Source: Nitrospirales bacterium (GTDB lineage Bacteria; Nitrospirota; Nitrospiria; Nitrospirales; UBA8639). Taken from it: DNA of 64,000 bases. Of this stretch, positions 38,640 through 49,639 are shown piece after piece; the first letter of the stretch is position 1; every line of letters starts with the position of its first letter. The stretch is from contig CBDBCZ010000015.1 in NCBI GenBank assembly GCA_965203295.1, positions 1,088,001 to 1,152,000 on the forward strand, read 5' to 3'. The notes under the pieces are model-generated. The model saw nothing but the letters and a program-made list of their open reading frames with translations. It was not told where the DNA came from and made no database searches. Position numbers and translations under genes: made by a program.

Positions 38640-41600
38640 GAAGATTAGGAAAGAAGGATTTTATTGAAAATTGTTAGTTTTGTTGGTCTCTAGCAAAGAC
38701 TTTAAGCCAAAGTAACTAGCTACCATTGATCTGACCCTTCCCAACTTTTTAGGAAAAGAACTGGTTATTCAAAGGCTTGTTTAGTTATTTGATGTTAGCC
38801 TGAAGAATAGGTAAGAAGGATTTTATTGAAAATTGTTAGTTTTGATGGTCTCTAGCAAAGACTTTAAGCCAAAATAACTAGCTGCCATTGATCTGACCCT
38901 TCCCAACTGTTTAGGAAAAGAACTGGTTATTCAAACGCTTGTTTAGTTTGGTTGATGTTAGTCTGAAGATTAGGAAAGAAGGATTTTATTTAAAATTTTT
39001 TTTTTTTTTTTCTCTAGCAAAGATTTTAAGCCAAAGTAACTTGCTACCCTTTTTCTGACCCTTCCCAACTGTTTAGAAAAAGAGCTGGTTATTCAAAGGC
39101 CTGTTTAGTTTTGTTTATGTTAGCCTGAAGATTAGGAAAGTAGGATTTTATTGAAAATTTTTAGTTTTGTTGGTCTCAGGCAAAGACTTTCAGCCAAAGT
39201 AACTGGCTACCATTGATCTGACCCTTCCCAACTGTTTTGGAAAAGAACTTGTTATTCAAAGGCTTGTTTAGTTTGAATGATGTTAGTCAGATACAATACA
39301 TGCTTAGGAAGTATCGATGTTCAAGAAAGGAACTGGTTATTCAAAGGCTTGTTTAATTTGCTTGATGTTAGTCTGTAGACTAGGAAAGAAGTATTTCATA
39401 GAAAATCTTTAGTTTTGTTGGTCTCTAGCAAAGACTTTCAGCCAAAGTAACTAGCTACCATTGATCTGACCCTTCCCAACTGTTAAGGAAAAGAACTGGA
39501 TATTCAAAGGCTTGATTAGTTTTAATGATATTAGTCGGATACAATACATGTTTAGGAAGTGTCAATGTTCAAGAAAAGAACTGGTTATTGAAAGGCTTGT
39601 TTAGTTTGGTTGATCTTAGTCTGAAGATTAGGAAAGAAGGATTTTATTGAAAATTGTTAGTTTTGTTTGTCTCAGGCAAAGACTTTCAGCCAAAGTAACT
39701 AGCTTCCATTGATCTGACCCTTCTTAACTGTTTAGGAAAAGAACTGGTTATTTCAAAGGCTTGTTCAGTTTTAAATGATGTTAGTCTGAAGATTAGGAAA
39801 GAAGGATTTTATTGAAAATTGTTAATTTTGTTGGTCTCTAGCAAAGACTTTTAGCCAAAGTATTTAACTACCATTTATCTGACCCTTCCCAACTGTTTAG
39901 AAAAAGAACTGGTTATTCAAAGGCCTTTTTAGTTTTGTTGACGTTAGCCTTAAGATTAGGAAAGAAGGATTTTATTGAAAATTTTTAGTTTTGTTGGTCT
40001 CTTGCAATGACTTTAATTAAGCCAAAGTTACTAGCTACCATTGATCTGACCTTTCCGAACTATTTAGAAAAAGTGCTGGTTATTCAAAGGCTTGTTTAGT
40101 TTGAATGATATTAGTCAGATACATTACATGCTTAGGAAGTATCAATGTTCAAGAAAGGAACTGGTTATTCAAAGGCTTGTTTAGTTTGGTTGATGTTAGT
40201 CTGAAGATTAGGAAAGGAGGATTTTATTAAAAATTGTTAGTTTTGTTGGTCTCTAGCAAAGACTTTAAGCCAAAGTAACTAGCTACCATTGATCTGACCC
40301 TTCCCAACTGTTTAGAAAAAGAGCTGGTTATTCAAAGGCCTGTTTAGTTTTAATGATGTTAGTCTGAAGATTAGGAAAGAAGGATTTTATTGAAAATTGT
40401 TAGTTTTGTTGGTCTCTAGCAAAGGCTTTAAGCCAAAGTAACTAGCTACTATTGATCTGACCCTTCCTAACTGTTTTGGAAAAGAACTGGTTATTCAAAG
40501 GCTTGTTTAGTTTGAATGATGTTAGTCTGAAGATTAGGAAAGAAGGATTTTATTGAAAATTGTTAGTTTTGTTGGTCTCTAGCAAAGACTTTAAGCCAAA
40601 GTAACTAGCTACCTTTGATCTGACCCTTCCCAACTGTTTAGGAAAAGAACTGGTTATTCAAAGGCCTGTTTAGTTTGAATGATGTTAGTCTGAAGATTAG
40701 GAAAGAAGGATTTTATTGAAAATTGTTAGTTTTGTTGGTATCTAGCAAAGACTTTAAGCCAAAGTAACTAGCTACCATTTATCTGACCCTTCCTAACTGT
40801 TTAGGAAAAGAACTGGTTAATCAAAGGCTTGTTTAGTTTGAATGATATTAGTCTGAAGATAAGGAAAGACGGATTTTATTGAAAATTGTTAGTTTTGTTG
40901 GTCTCAGGCAAAGACTTTCAGCCAAAGTAACTAGCTACCATTGATCTGACCCTTCCTAACTGTTTAGGAAAAGAACTGGTTATTCAAAGGCTTGATTAGT
41001 TTTAGTGATGTTAGTCTGAAGATTAGGAAAGAAGTATTTTATTGAAAATTGTTAGTTTTGTTGGTCTCTAGCAGAGACTTTAAGCCAAAGTAACTAGCTA
41101 CCATTGATCTGACCCTTCCCAACTGTTTAGGAGCAGAACTGGTTATTCAAAGGCTTGTTTAGTTTTGTTGATGTTAGCCTGAAGATTAGGTAAGAAGGAT
41201 TTTATTGAAAATTGTTAGTTTTGTTGGTCTCTAGCAAAGACTTTAAGCCAAAATAACTGGCTGCCATTGATCTGACCCTTCCCAACTGTTTAGGAAAAGA
41301 ACTTGTTATTCAAAGGCTTGATTAGTTTTAGAGATGTTAGTCTGAAGATTAGGAAAGAAGTATTTTATTGAAAATTGTTAGTTTTGTTGGTCTCTAGCAA
41401 AGACTTTAAGCCAAAGTAACTAGCTACCATTGATCTGACCCTTCCCAACTTTTTAGGAAAAGAACTGGTTATTCAAAGGCTTGTTTAGTTTTTTGATGTT
41501 AGCCTGAAGAATAGGTAAGAAGGATTTTATTGAAAATTGTTAGTTTTGATGGTCTCTAGCAAAGACTTTAAGCCAAAATAACTAGCTGCCATTGATCTGA

Positions 41601-44040
41601 CCCTTCCCAACTGTTTAGGAAAAGAACTGGTTATTCAAACGCTTGTTTAGTTTGGTTGATGTTAGTCTGAAGATTAGGAAAGAAGGATTTTATTTAAAAT
41701 TTTTATTTTTTTTTTCTCTAGCAAAGATTTTAAGCCAAAGTAACTTGCTACCCTTTTTCTGACCCTTCCCAACTGTTTAGAAAAAGAGCTGGTTATTCAA
41801 AGGCCTGTTTAGTTTTGTTTATGTTAGCCTGAAGATTAGGAAAGTAGGATTTTATAGAAAATTTTTAGTTTTGTTGGTCTCAGGCAAAGACTTTCAGCCA
41901 AAGTAACTGGCTACCATTGATCTGACCCTTCCCAACTGTTTAGGAAAAGAACTTGTTATTCAAAGGCTTGTTTAGTTTGAATGATGTTAGTCAGATACAA
42001 TACATGCTTAGGAAGTATCGATGTTCAAGAAAGGAACTGGTTATTCAAAGGCTTGTTTAATTTGCTTGATGTTAGTCTGTAGATTAGGAAAGAAGTATTT
42101 TATAGAAAATCTTTAGTTTTGTTGGTCTCTAGCAAAGACTTTCAGCCAAAGTAACTAGCTACCATTGATCTGACCCTTCCCAACTGTTAAGGAAAAGAAC
42201 TGGATATTCAAAGGCTTGATTAGTTTAAATGATATTAGTCGGATACAATACATGTTTAGGAAGTGTCAATGTTCAAGAAAAGAACTGGTTATTGAAAGGC
42301 TTGTTTAGTTTGGTTGATCTTAGTCTGAAGATTAGGAAAGAAGGATTTTATTGAAAATTGTTAGTTTTGTTTGTCTCAGGCAAAGACTTTCAGCCAAAGT
42401 AACTAGCTTCCATTGATCTGACCCTTCTTAACTGTTTAGGAAAAGAACTGGTTATTTCAAAGGCTTGTTCAGTTTTAAATGATGTTAGTCTGAAGATTAG
42501 GAAAGAAGGATTTTATTGAAAATTGTTAATTTTGTTGGTCTCTAGCAAAGACTTTTAGCCAAAGTATTTAACTACCATTTATCTGACCCTTCCCAACTGT
42601 TTAGAAAAAGAACTGGTTATTCAAAGGCCTGTTTAGTTTTGTTGACGTTAGCCTTAAGATTAGGAAAGAAGGATTTTATTGTAAATTTTTAGTTTTGTTG
42701 GTCTCTTGCAATGACTTTAATTAAGCCAAAGTTACTAGCTACCATTGATCTGACCTTTCCGAACTATTTAGAAAAAGTGCTGGTTATTCAAAGGCTTGTT
42801 TAGTTTGAATGATATTAGTCAGATACATTACATGCTTAGGAAGTATCAATGTTCAAGAAAGGAACTGGTTATTCAAAGGCTTGTTTAGTTTGGTTGATGT
42901 TAGTCTGAAGATTAGGAAAGGAGGATTTTATTAAAAATTGTTAGTTTTGTTGGTCTCTAGCAAAGACTTTAAGCCAAAGTAACTAGCTACCATTGATCTG
43001 ACCCTTCCCAACTGTTTAGAAAAAGAGCTGGTTATTCAAAGGCCTGTTTAGTTTTAATGATGTTAGTCTGAAGATTAGGAAAGAAGGATTTTATTGAAAA
43101 TTGTTAGTTTTGTTGGTCTCTAGCAAAGGCTTTAAGCCAAAGTAACTAGCTACTATTGATCTGACCCTTCCTAACTGTTTTGGAAAAGAACTGGTTATTC
43201 AAAGGCTTGTTTAGTTTGAATGATGTTAGTCTGAAGATTAGGAAAGAAGGATTTTATTGAAAATTGTTAGTTTTGTTGGTCTCTAGCAAAGACTTTAAGC
43301 CAAAGTAACTAGCTACCTTTGATCTGACCCTTCCCAACTGTTTAGGAAAAGAACTGGTTATTCAAAGGCCTGTTTAGTTTGAATGATGTTAGTCTGAAGA
43401 TTAGGAAAGAAGGATTTTATTGAAAATTGTTAGTTTTGTTGGTATCTAGCAAAGACTTTAAGCCAAAGTAACTAGCTACCATTTATCTGACCCTTCCACA
43501 CTGTTTAGGAAAAGAACTGGTTAATCAAAGGCTTGTTTAGTTTGAATGATATTAGTCTGAAGATAAGGAAAGACGGATTTTATTGAAAATTGTTAGTTTT
43601 GTTGGTCTCAGGCAAAGACTTTCAGCCAAAGTAACTAGCTACCATTGATCTGACCCTTCCTAACTGTTTAGGAAAAGAACTGGTTATTCAAAGGCTTGAT
43701 TAGTTTTAGTGATGTTAGTCTGAAGATTAGGAAAGAAGTATTTTATTGAAAATTGTTAGTTTTGTTGGTCTCTAGCAAAGACTTTAAGCCAAAGTAACTA
43801 GCTACCATTGATCTGACCCTTCCCAACTGTTTAGGAGAAGAACTGGTTATTCAAAGGCTTGTTTAGTTTTGTTGATGTTAGCCTGAAGATTAGGTAAGAA
43901 GGATTTTATTGAAAATTGTTAGTTTTGTTGGTCTCTAGCAAAGACTTTAAGCCAAAATAACTGGCTGCCATTGATCTGACCCTTCCCAACTGTTTAGGAA
44001 AAGAACTTGTTATTCAAAGGCTTGTTTAGTTTGGATGATG
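38640..44040 (+). repeat. ~2.70-kb tandem duplication within array 1
   Basis: aataggtaag at 38806 and 41510; tggatattc at 39497 and 42201; gataaggaaagacgg at 40858 and 43562 (offset 2704). Confidence 0.88.
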
Positions 44041-45102
44041 TTAGTCTGAAGATTAGGAAAAAAGGATTTTATTAAAAATTGTTAATTTTGTTGGTCTCTA
44101 GCAAAGACTTTAAGCCAAAGTAACTAGCTACCATTTATCTGACCCTTCCGAACTGTTTAGAAAAAGAACTGGTTATTCAAAAGCCTGTTTAGTTTTGTTG
44201 ATTTTAGCCTGAAGATTAGTAAAGAAGGATTTTATTGAAAATCGTTAGTTTTGTTGGTCTCTAGCAAAGACTTTGAGCCAAAGTAACTAGCTACCAATTA
44301 TCTGACCCTTCCCAACTGTTTAGAAAAAGAACTGGTTATTCAAAGGCCTGTTTAGTTTGAATGATGTTAGTCAGATACAATACACGCTTAGAAAGTATTG
44401 ATGTTCAAGAAAGGAACTGGTTATTCAAAGGCTTGTTTAGTTTGGTTGATGTTAGTCTGAATATTAGTAAAGAAGGATTTTATTGAAAATCGTTAGTTTT
44501 GTTGGTCTCTAGCAAAGACTTTGAGCCAAAGTAACTAGCTACCATTGATCTGGCCCTTCCCAACTGTTTAGGAAAAGAACTGGTTATTCAAAGGCTTGAT
44601 TAGTTTTAATGATGTTAGTCGGATACAATACATGTTTAGGAAGTGTCGATGTTCAAAAAAGGAACTGGTTATTCAAAGGCTTGTTTAGTTTGGTTGATGT
44701 TAGTCTGAAGATTAGGAAAGAAGGATTTTATTGAAAATTGTTAGTTTTGTTGGTCTCAGGCCAAGACTTTCAGCCAAAGTAACAGGCTACCATTGATCTG
44801 ACCCTTCCTAACTGTTTAGGAAAAGAACTGGTTTAAGATTCAATAGCTCGTTTAGTTTGAATGATATTAGTCACATACAATACATATTTAGGAAGTAAGG
44901 GTTTTCATTAATAATTGGTACAATTTTAGCTTTATTGGTCTCAGGAAACTTTCTGTCAAAACAACTAGCTACCAATGATCTAACCCTTACTAACTGTCTA
45001 GGTAGAGAACTGGTTTAAGATTCAATAGCTTGTTTTGTTTGAATGATGTTAGTCAGATAAAATACATTCTTAGGAAGTAAGGGTTTTCACTGAAAATTAT
45101 CC

Positions 45103-45221
45103 CTACGATCGTCCCAGACTCATCCACCCAACTCATGTCAAGAAGATCGTTGAAATTTCCCCACCTGAGGGATGGCTCTGGAAGGGAGCTCCGCCATCTA
45201 CATGATACAGCACAGCACCAG
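45103..45221 (+). mobile_element. BEL/Pao gag fragment, copy 2 (truncated on the left by the satellite)
   Basis: YDRPRLIHPTHVKKIVEISP / LRDGSGRELRHLHDTAQHQ. It lacks the first ~50 bp seen in copy 1. Confidence 0.65.
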
Positions 45222-45389
45222 AACACCATGTTTGAATGGCGAAGGTCCAGCCAAGAAACTGCAGTATTGCTGTGAGATTACGGCCTGTGAGTTGCAGGAG
45301 CATGTGCATGCATATACATATACGTATATGTAGTTGCCTTTGGCTGCTGATTGTGAAAGCTGACCCTTCTTACCCTCTCCCCGTTCAAG

Positions 45390-47230
45390 GATGATCTACC
45401 TGGGAGAAAATTTCAGTGGCTTTGTTACTGTGCACAACGACAGCCAGGAGGTGGTGAAGGAAACCATCTTTAACTCTTTACCAACCAATGACGCATATAT
45501 GCGTCATGAGCTCCCATAAGCCCATATGAATTTATATGGGGGTTTTAATACTAAGCGTTAATACTTTGTACAGGCTTTTCTGCTTCTTTAAGCTGTTTCT
45601 TATGGTCGGTAAAGGGTTAAGGTAGGTTGCAGCAGAGCCAAGGAGTGAGCGTCTGTACAAAATGTCATGTAACAGACAGAACTATGTACGTATATGATCT
45701 CTGTCTGGTCTTGCAGTCACCAAGTAATAAAAGCTACATAGTGTCGTGTCGTATTGCCAGTTTTTTTTTCATGACCATAAAATATCGGTGTGGGAAGGCT
45801 TAGTTGCGATCCTAGCAATATTAGGACAAATTATGCATGTAATGCATAGGTATAGGAGCTGACTCTGTCTGTACTGAAGTTTTGTGTCTGAAGGCCATAC
45901 AGATCTGCTCCGTTTATATTCCTTATAAGGACAAGTCACAAATGTCTATCGCTAATTGCTGCTATAGTTACTGCTCACTGCAGCACTTATCTTGGACTTG
46001 GCAGTGTGTATAGTAGTTGCGTCTTCACATTGTACAGGTGGAACTATTGACTCCTTCCAGCTGGACCCGGGGGGAGTTGTTAAGAGCGAATCATAGCGCA
46101 TGAAGTAAAGGAACTGGGAGAGCACAGGTAAGAGATATACGTAGCCTTGATTCGAAGCTATAAGAGATACACATAACTGTCTATGTAGGTAATGAGAGAG
46201 TGTATATGCATTGAAGGGAATGGGTGGGTGAGAACATCAACATAGAAGTATGTTATGTAGCTTCATATGTGACTTACGTTATTTGGACGTGGATCTATGT
46301 CACATTCACCTGTAAAGGATATCTCCACTGTCCCTCCAGTGTTAGGCACGGCCTCAAATGCTTTTTGTTTGTGAAGTCGCATGCAACACGCCTTTCAAAA
46401 CCCTCATATAGCGGTTTTTAAAGTACCAATCTCTTGATTTCCTCAACGTTATATATTACTACAGCCTCATCTGTACTTCCACCTACACTGTGCACTCCGC
46501 AGGAGAAGAACTGTTCCTTCGCAAATTTTTCAAGTTCAATGTAAGCATTTTACTGTAAATAGTAAAGCCATGAGTGTAACTTCGGCATTGATTGTAAGCT
46601 GTATTCAGTCTATTGCTGACAGTGTGCTAAATTATGGTCTTGTGTCTCTCTCAAATACAGGTTGCTAAACCACTTGATGTAAAGACGAAGTTTTTTAACA
46701 TAGAGGTATGTACAGAGGTGTGATAAGAGCATTAGCAAAATGTTCTACGTGTGTAGGGGAATTTATGTCTGTCAGGTAGCTGAAATTCTATAACCAGCCA
46801 GAGCGTGAACAATGGACACAGGGACTGTGCAGAATAGTTACAAAGTACCTGTAGTTGATCACTGATCTGCTTGTTGAGTTGTCAGTAGATCTACATGTAC
46901 TATGTACTATAGACGAAATCAAACACCCTGCTTCATTAACAGACCATCTCAAGAAATTGTATAAAGTACACTAACCCTGTTCCCATTGTAGCTTGTAGCC
47001 CCCACACTATGTATTTTCTGAGTGCCTGGGAATGAGGCCACGTCATTATGTACGTAGTTGATGGCTTGTGAATGATGAACTGCATAATAAACCACGCAGG
47101 ATGATATTCTTCTTCAAGTTCAGATCCAGGACACCACTACAGGTCCAATGTACTCAGAAGTTGTAGAGTTTGACCCTGCTGCGGGCTTTGAAGCTGTTAA
47201 TCTCAACAAGCTTGAAAATAGAGATAAAGA
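45390..47230 (+). pseudogene. TRAPPC13: TRAPPC13-like partial unprocessed pseudogene, copy 2. Exons 45390-45621 (MITE-interrupted), 46038-46127, 46465-46540, 46661-46705, 47100-47230.
   Basis: Same five exons and splice sites as copy 1, the same frame-breaking 90-bp second exon, and a MITE insertion in the first exon. Confidence 0.9.
45474..45616. mobile_element. 143-bp piggyBac-type MITE with TTAA target-site duplication
   Basis: TTAA at 45470-45473 and 45617-45620. Ends CTCTTTACCAACC and GGTCGGTAAAGGG (reverse complement CCCTTTACCGACC, 11/13 match). The empty site with a single TTAA is at 2924-2927 in copy 1. Confidence 0.92.
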
Positions 47231-48476
47231 GTAAGTCCATTTGAAATGTAAAAAACTGATGCTAACAGAGGTATAAGAATACATTTGGTTCTGTGTGCGC
47301 CTGTGCGTGTGTAACGGATGTGACGTCCACTAATAAACCATGATTGCACGATACTGTAAGTGTAAACCGTGCACAGCTGTAACTGCTATGCTAGACGTGC
47401 ATAAAATAAAGTCAGTGCCGTTCATCTACATGTACATGCAGGCTGAAAGATACCCCGGAACTACTTGAGTCTGAAAGACTTATGCTAGTTGGTAGGTTGT
47501 GCTATGTTTGTGTATATAATATTAAACCGATCTATTCTGGGAGCACTATTTGTAGTTTTTACCACCCAGATAAACATGAAGTGCACCCCAGCTGGTACTA
47601 AGTTATAGTTGTCGTGGACTTTGCCCAGGACAGCTATATTTTGTTTCTTTTTTTGTGGAAAACTATTTCAGAAGCTTCTGGGAGAGTGTACAAACCATAC
47701 TACATTAGCTACTACGTATGTGTGAATTAAGCAATTTAATGCACACTCATGTGATCGATTTTGAGACTTCTGATCTGTTGAAGGTCACATGAGTAGAATT
47801 AAGTGTTGCTTATGGTCGGAAAATAGTACAGACATGTATTATGGCAAGATAGCCACTATGGACAGAATTAGTAATTTGCTGAAACACTTAACTTTGTCTA
47901 GTGTAGCAATATGTACATTGATTGTATCATTGTAACTTAGAACATTCTTGTAACTCATGCCATGAGCCTTGGGACCATTACTAAAAGTGTCTCATGTATT
48001 GCTGGTTTACCTGGAACAGTCTCCTGATTACTGGTAAAAGTGTCTAGGGGATGGTTTAGCTATAACATATTGTGTATATATAGTAACACATTTGATTATT
48101 TCTGTGTAGGTTGGAAGTGAAATGAACATGTCAGATACATGTGCCTTTATCATCTGATAAGTGATATTGTTTTACCTATGTTCTTTTATTGCTGTAGTTG
48201 AATGCTGTATGTGAATGCTTTCTATGTATGTTGTTACCTGTCGCTTGGACACAAGAGTTCAGAAGTAAAATACGGGCATGCCAGGCACTAATTGCATTCA
48301 TGCAGGGTTAGGGATGGGGTTGTAGAATCAAGCTCTGTTGTGTCATTGCTACCTTGTTTGGTTACTTTTTTGCGATTCCATCCCTACATGCTCTTTCATT
48401 TTTAAATGATTTCTTTCAAACTTTTATTATTCAGTGTGCTATAATGCTACAAAACATTTACTACCATCTCAATGGT

Positions 48477-48574
48477 TAGTCTCGGTACCAGCCCACCTAT
48501 CAAGTCGGAGATCGCTTAGTGGCGGGATACTGTAAGCGATCTCCGACTTGATAGGTGGGCTGGTACCGAGACTA
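48477..48574. mobile_element. 98-bp hairpin MITE with perfect 42-bp inverted arms and a 9-bp TSD
   Basis: TAGTCTCGGTACCAGCCCACCTATCAAGTCGGAGATCGCTTA, a 14-nt loop, then the exact reverse complement. CTCAATGGT is directly repeated at 48468-48476 and 48575-48583. Confidence 0.92.
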
Positions 48575-48684
48575 CTCAATGGTATACATCCCACCATCCA
48601 GTTCACAGTTGAAGAGAAGGAAAAGGTACTCCTGTTTCTGAATACCAAATCTATTTGAGAATAAATAAGAATACTGGGCATAAC

Positions 48685-48748
48685 TAGCCTTGTACCCAGG
48701 CCTTCCCCGCACTTTCGTGAGTGCAGGGAAGGCCTAGGTATGAGGCTA
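48685..48748. mobile_element. ~64-bp degenerate hairpin MITE (TAGCCTCGTACCCAGGCCT-like ends)
   Basis: tagccttgtacccaggccttccc ... gggaaggcctaggtatgaggcta are imperfect inverted arms. Flanks gggcataac and gggcttccc may be a decayed 9-bp TSD (6/9). Confidence 0.75.
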
Positions 48749-49639
48749 GGGCTTCCCTTCTAGGAGCTGAGTAGGAAAAGAACCTGTTATTCAAAGGCTT
48801 GTTTAGTTTGAATGATGTTAGTCAGATACAATACATGCTTAGGAAGTATCGATGTTCAAGAAAGGAACTGGTTATTCAAAGGCCGGTTTAGTTTGGTTGA
48901 TGTTAGTCTGAAGATTAGGAAAGAAGAATTTTACTCGAAAATTGTTATTTTTTTTGTCTCTGGCAAAGACTTTAAGCCAAAGTAACTAGCTACCATTGAT
49001 CTGACCCTTCCCAACTGGTTAGGAAACGAACTGGTTATTCAAAGGCTAGTTTAGTTTGAATGATGTTAGTCAAATACAATACATCCTTAGGAAGTATCGA
49101 TGTTCAAGAAAGGAACTGGTTATTCAAAGGCTTGTTTAATTTGGTAGATGTTAGTCTGCAGATTAGGAAAGAAGGATTTTATTGAAAATTGTTAGTTTTG
49201 TTGGTCTCTAGCAAAGACTTTAAGCCAAAGTAACTAGCTACCATTGATTAGGAAAGAAGGATTTTATTGAAAATTTTTAGTTTTGTTGGTCTCTAGCAAA
49301 GACTTTAAGCCAAAATAACTAGCTACCATTGATCTGACCCTTCCCAACTGTTTAGGAAAAGAACTTGTTATTCAAAGGCTTGTTTAGTTTGAATTATGTT
49401 AGTCTGAAGATTAGGAAAGAAGGATTTTATTGAAAATTGTTAGTTTTGTTGGTCTCTAGCAAAGACTTTAACCCAAAGTCACTAGCTACCATTGATCTGA
49501 CCCTTCCAAACTGTTTATAAAAAGAGCTGGTTATTCAAAGGCTAGTTTAGTTTGAATGATGTTAGTCAAATACAATATTCCTTAGGAAGTATCGATGTTC
49601 AAGAAAGGAACTGGTTATTCAAAGGCTTGTTTAGTTTGG

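Larger units (their letters stand above)
4721..45100 (+). repeat. Satellite array 1 (~40 kb): mosaic of 163-bp (A) and 85-bp (B) monomers with rare 182-186-bp (C) monomers
   Basis: The head CTGGTTATTCAAAGGCTTGTTTAGTTTG(AA/GT)TGATGTTAGTC recurs throughout. Spacing is 163 bp in pure A runs (40324, 40487, 40650) and 248 bp for an A+B pair (ORFs at 24290 and 24538). A tail: TGAAGATTAGGAAAGAAGG...GATCTGACCCTTCCCAACTGTTTAGGAAAAGAA. B tail: AGATACAATACATGCTTAGGAAGTATCGATGTTCAAGAAAGGAA. Confidence 0.98.
45103..47282 (+). repeat. Segmental duplication (unique-sequence island), copy 2; paralog of 2549-4587
   Basis: Colinear with copy 1, with an extra 143-bp MITE plus TTAA duplication. Confidence 0.97.

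Noticed and set aside
38996..39012. Poly-T tract as a retroposon tail
   Set aside because: It replaces the T-rich ttgttagttttgttgg part of monomer A and recurs in the 2.7-kb duplicate (~41700), so it is a decayed monomer segment.
40324..40486. Hammerhead ribozyme / retrozyme in monomer A (CTGAAGA...GAAA core-like words)
   Set aside because: By eye I cannot form helix I or a credible helix II around the core, and CTGAAGA is frequently mutated (CTGCAGA, CTGTAGA, CTTAAGA). An Infernal search with hammerhead covariance models would be decisive.
2549..47282. The two island copies as LTRs of a giant retroelement
   Set aside because: There are no TG...CA ends, PBS/PPT or TSD. The repeats contain host exons and start inside a gag remnant, and the interior is satellite with no pol.
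48469..48681. 70-aa minus-strand ORF, or the hairpin as a terminator/pre-miRNA gene
   Set aside because: The hairpin is bounded by a perfect 9-bp direct repeat, which is better explained as a transposon insertion. The ORF just crosses it.
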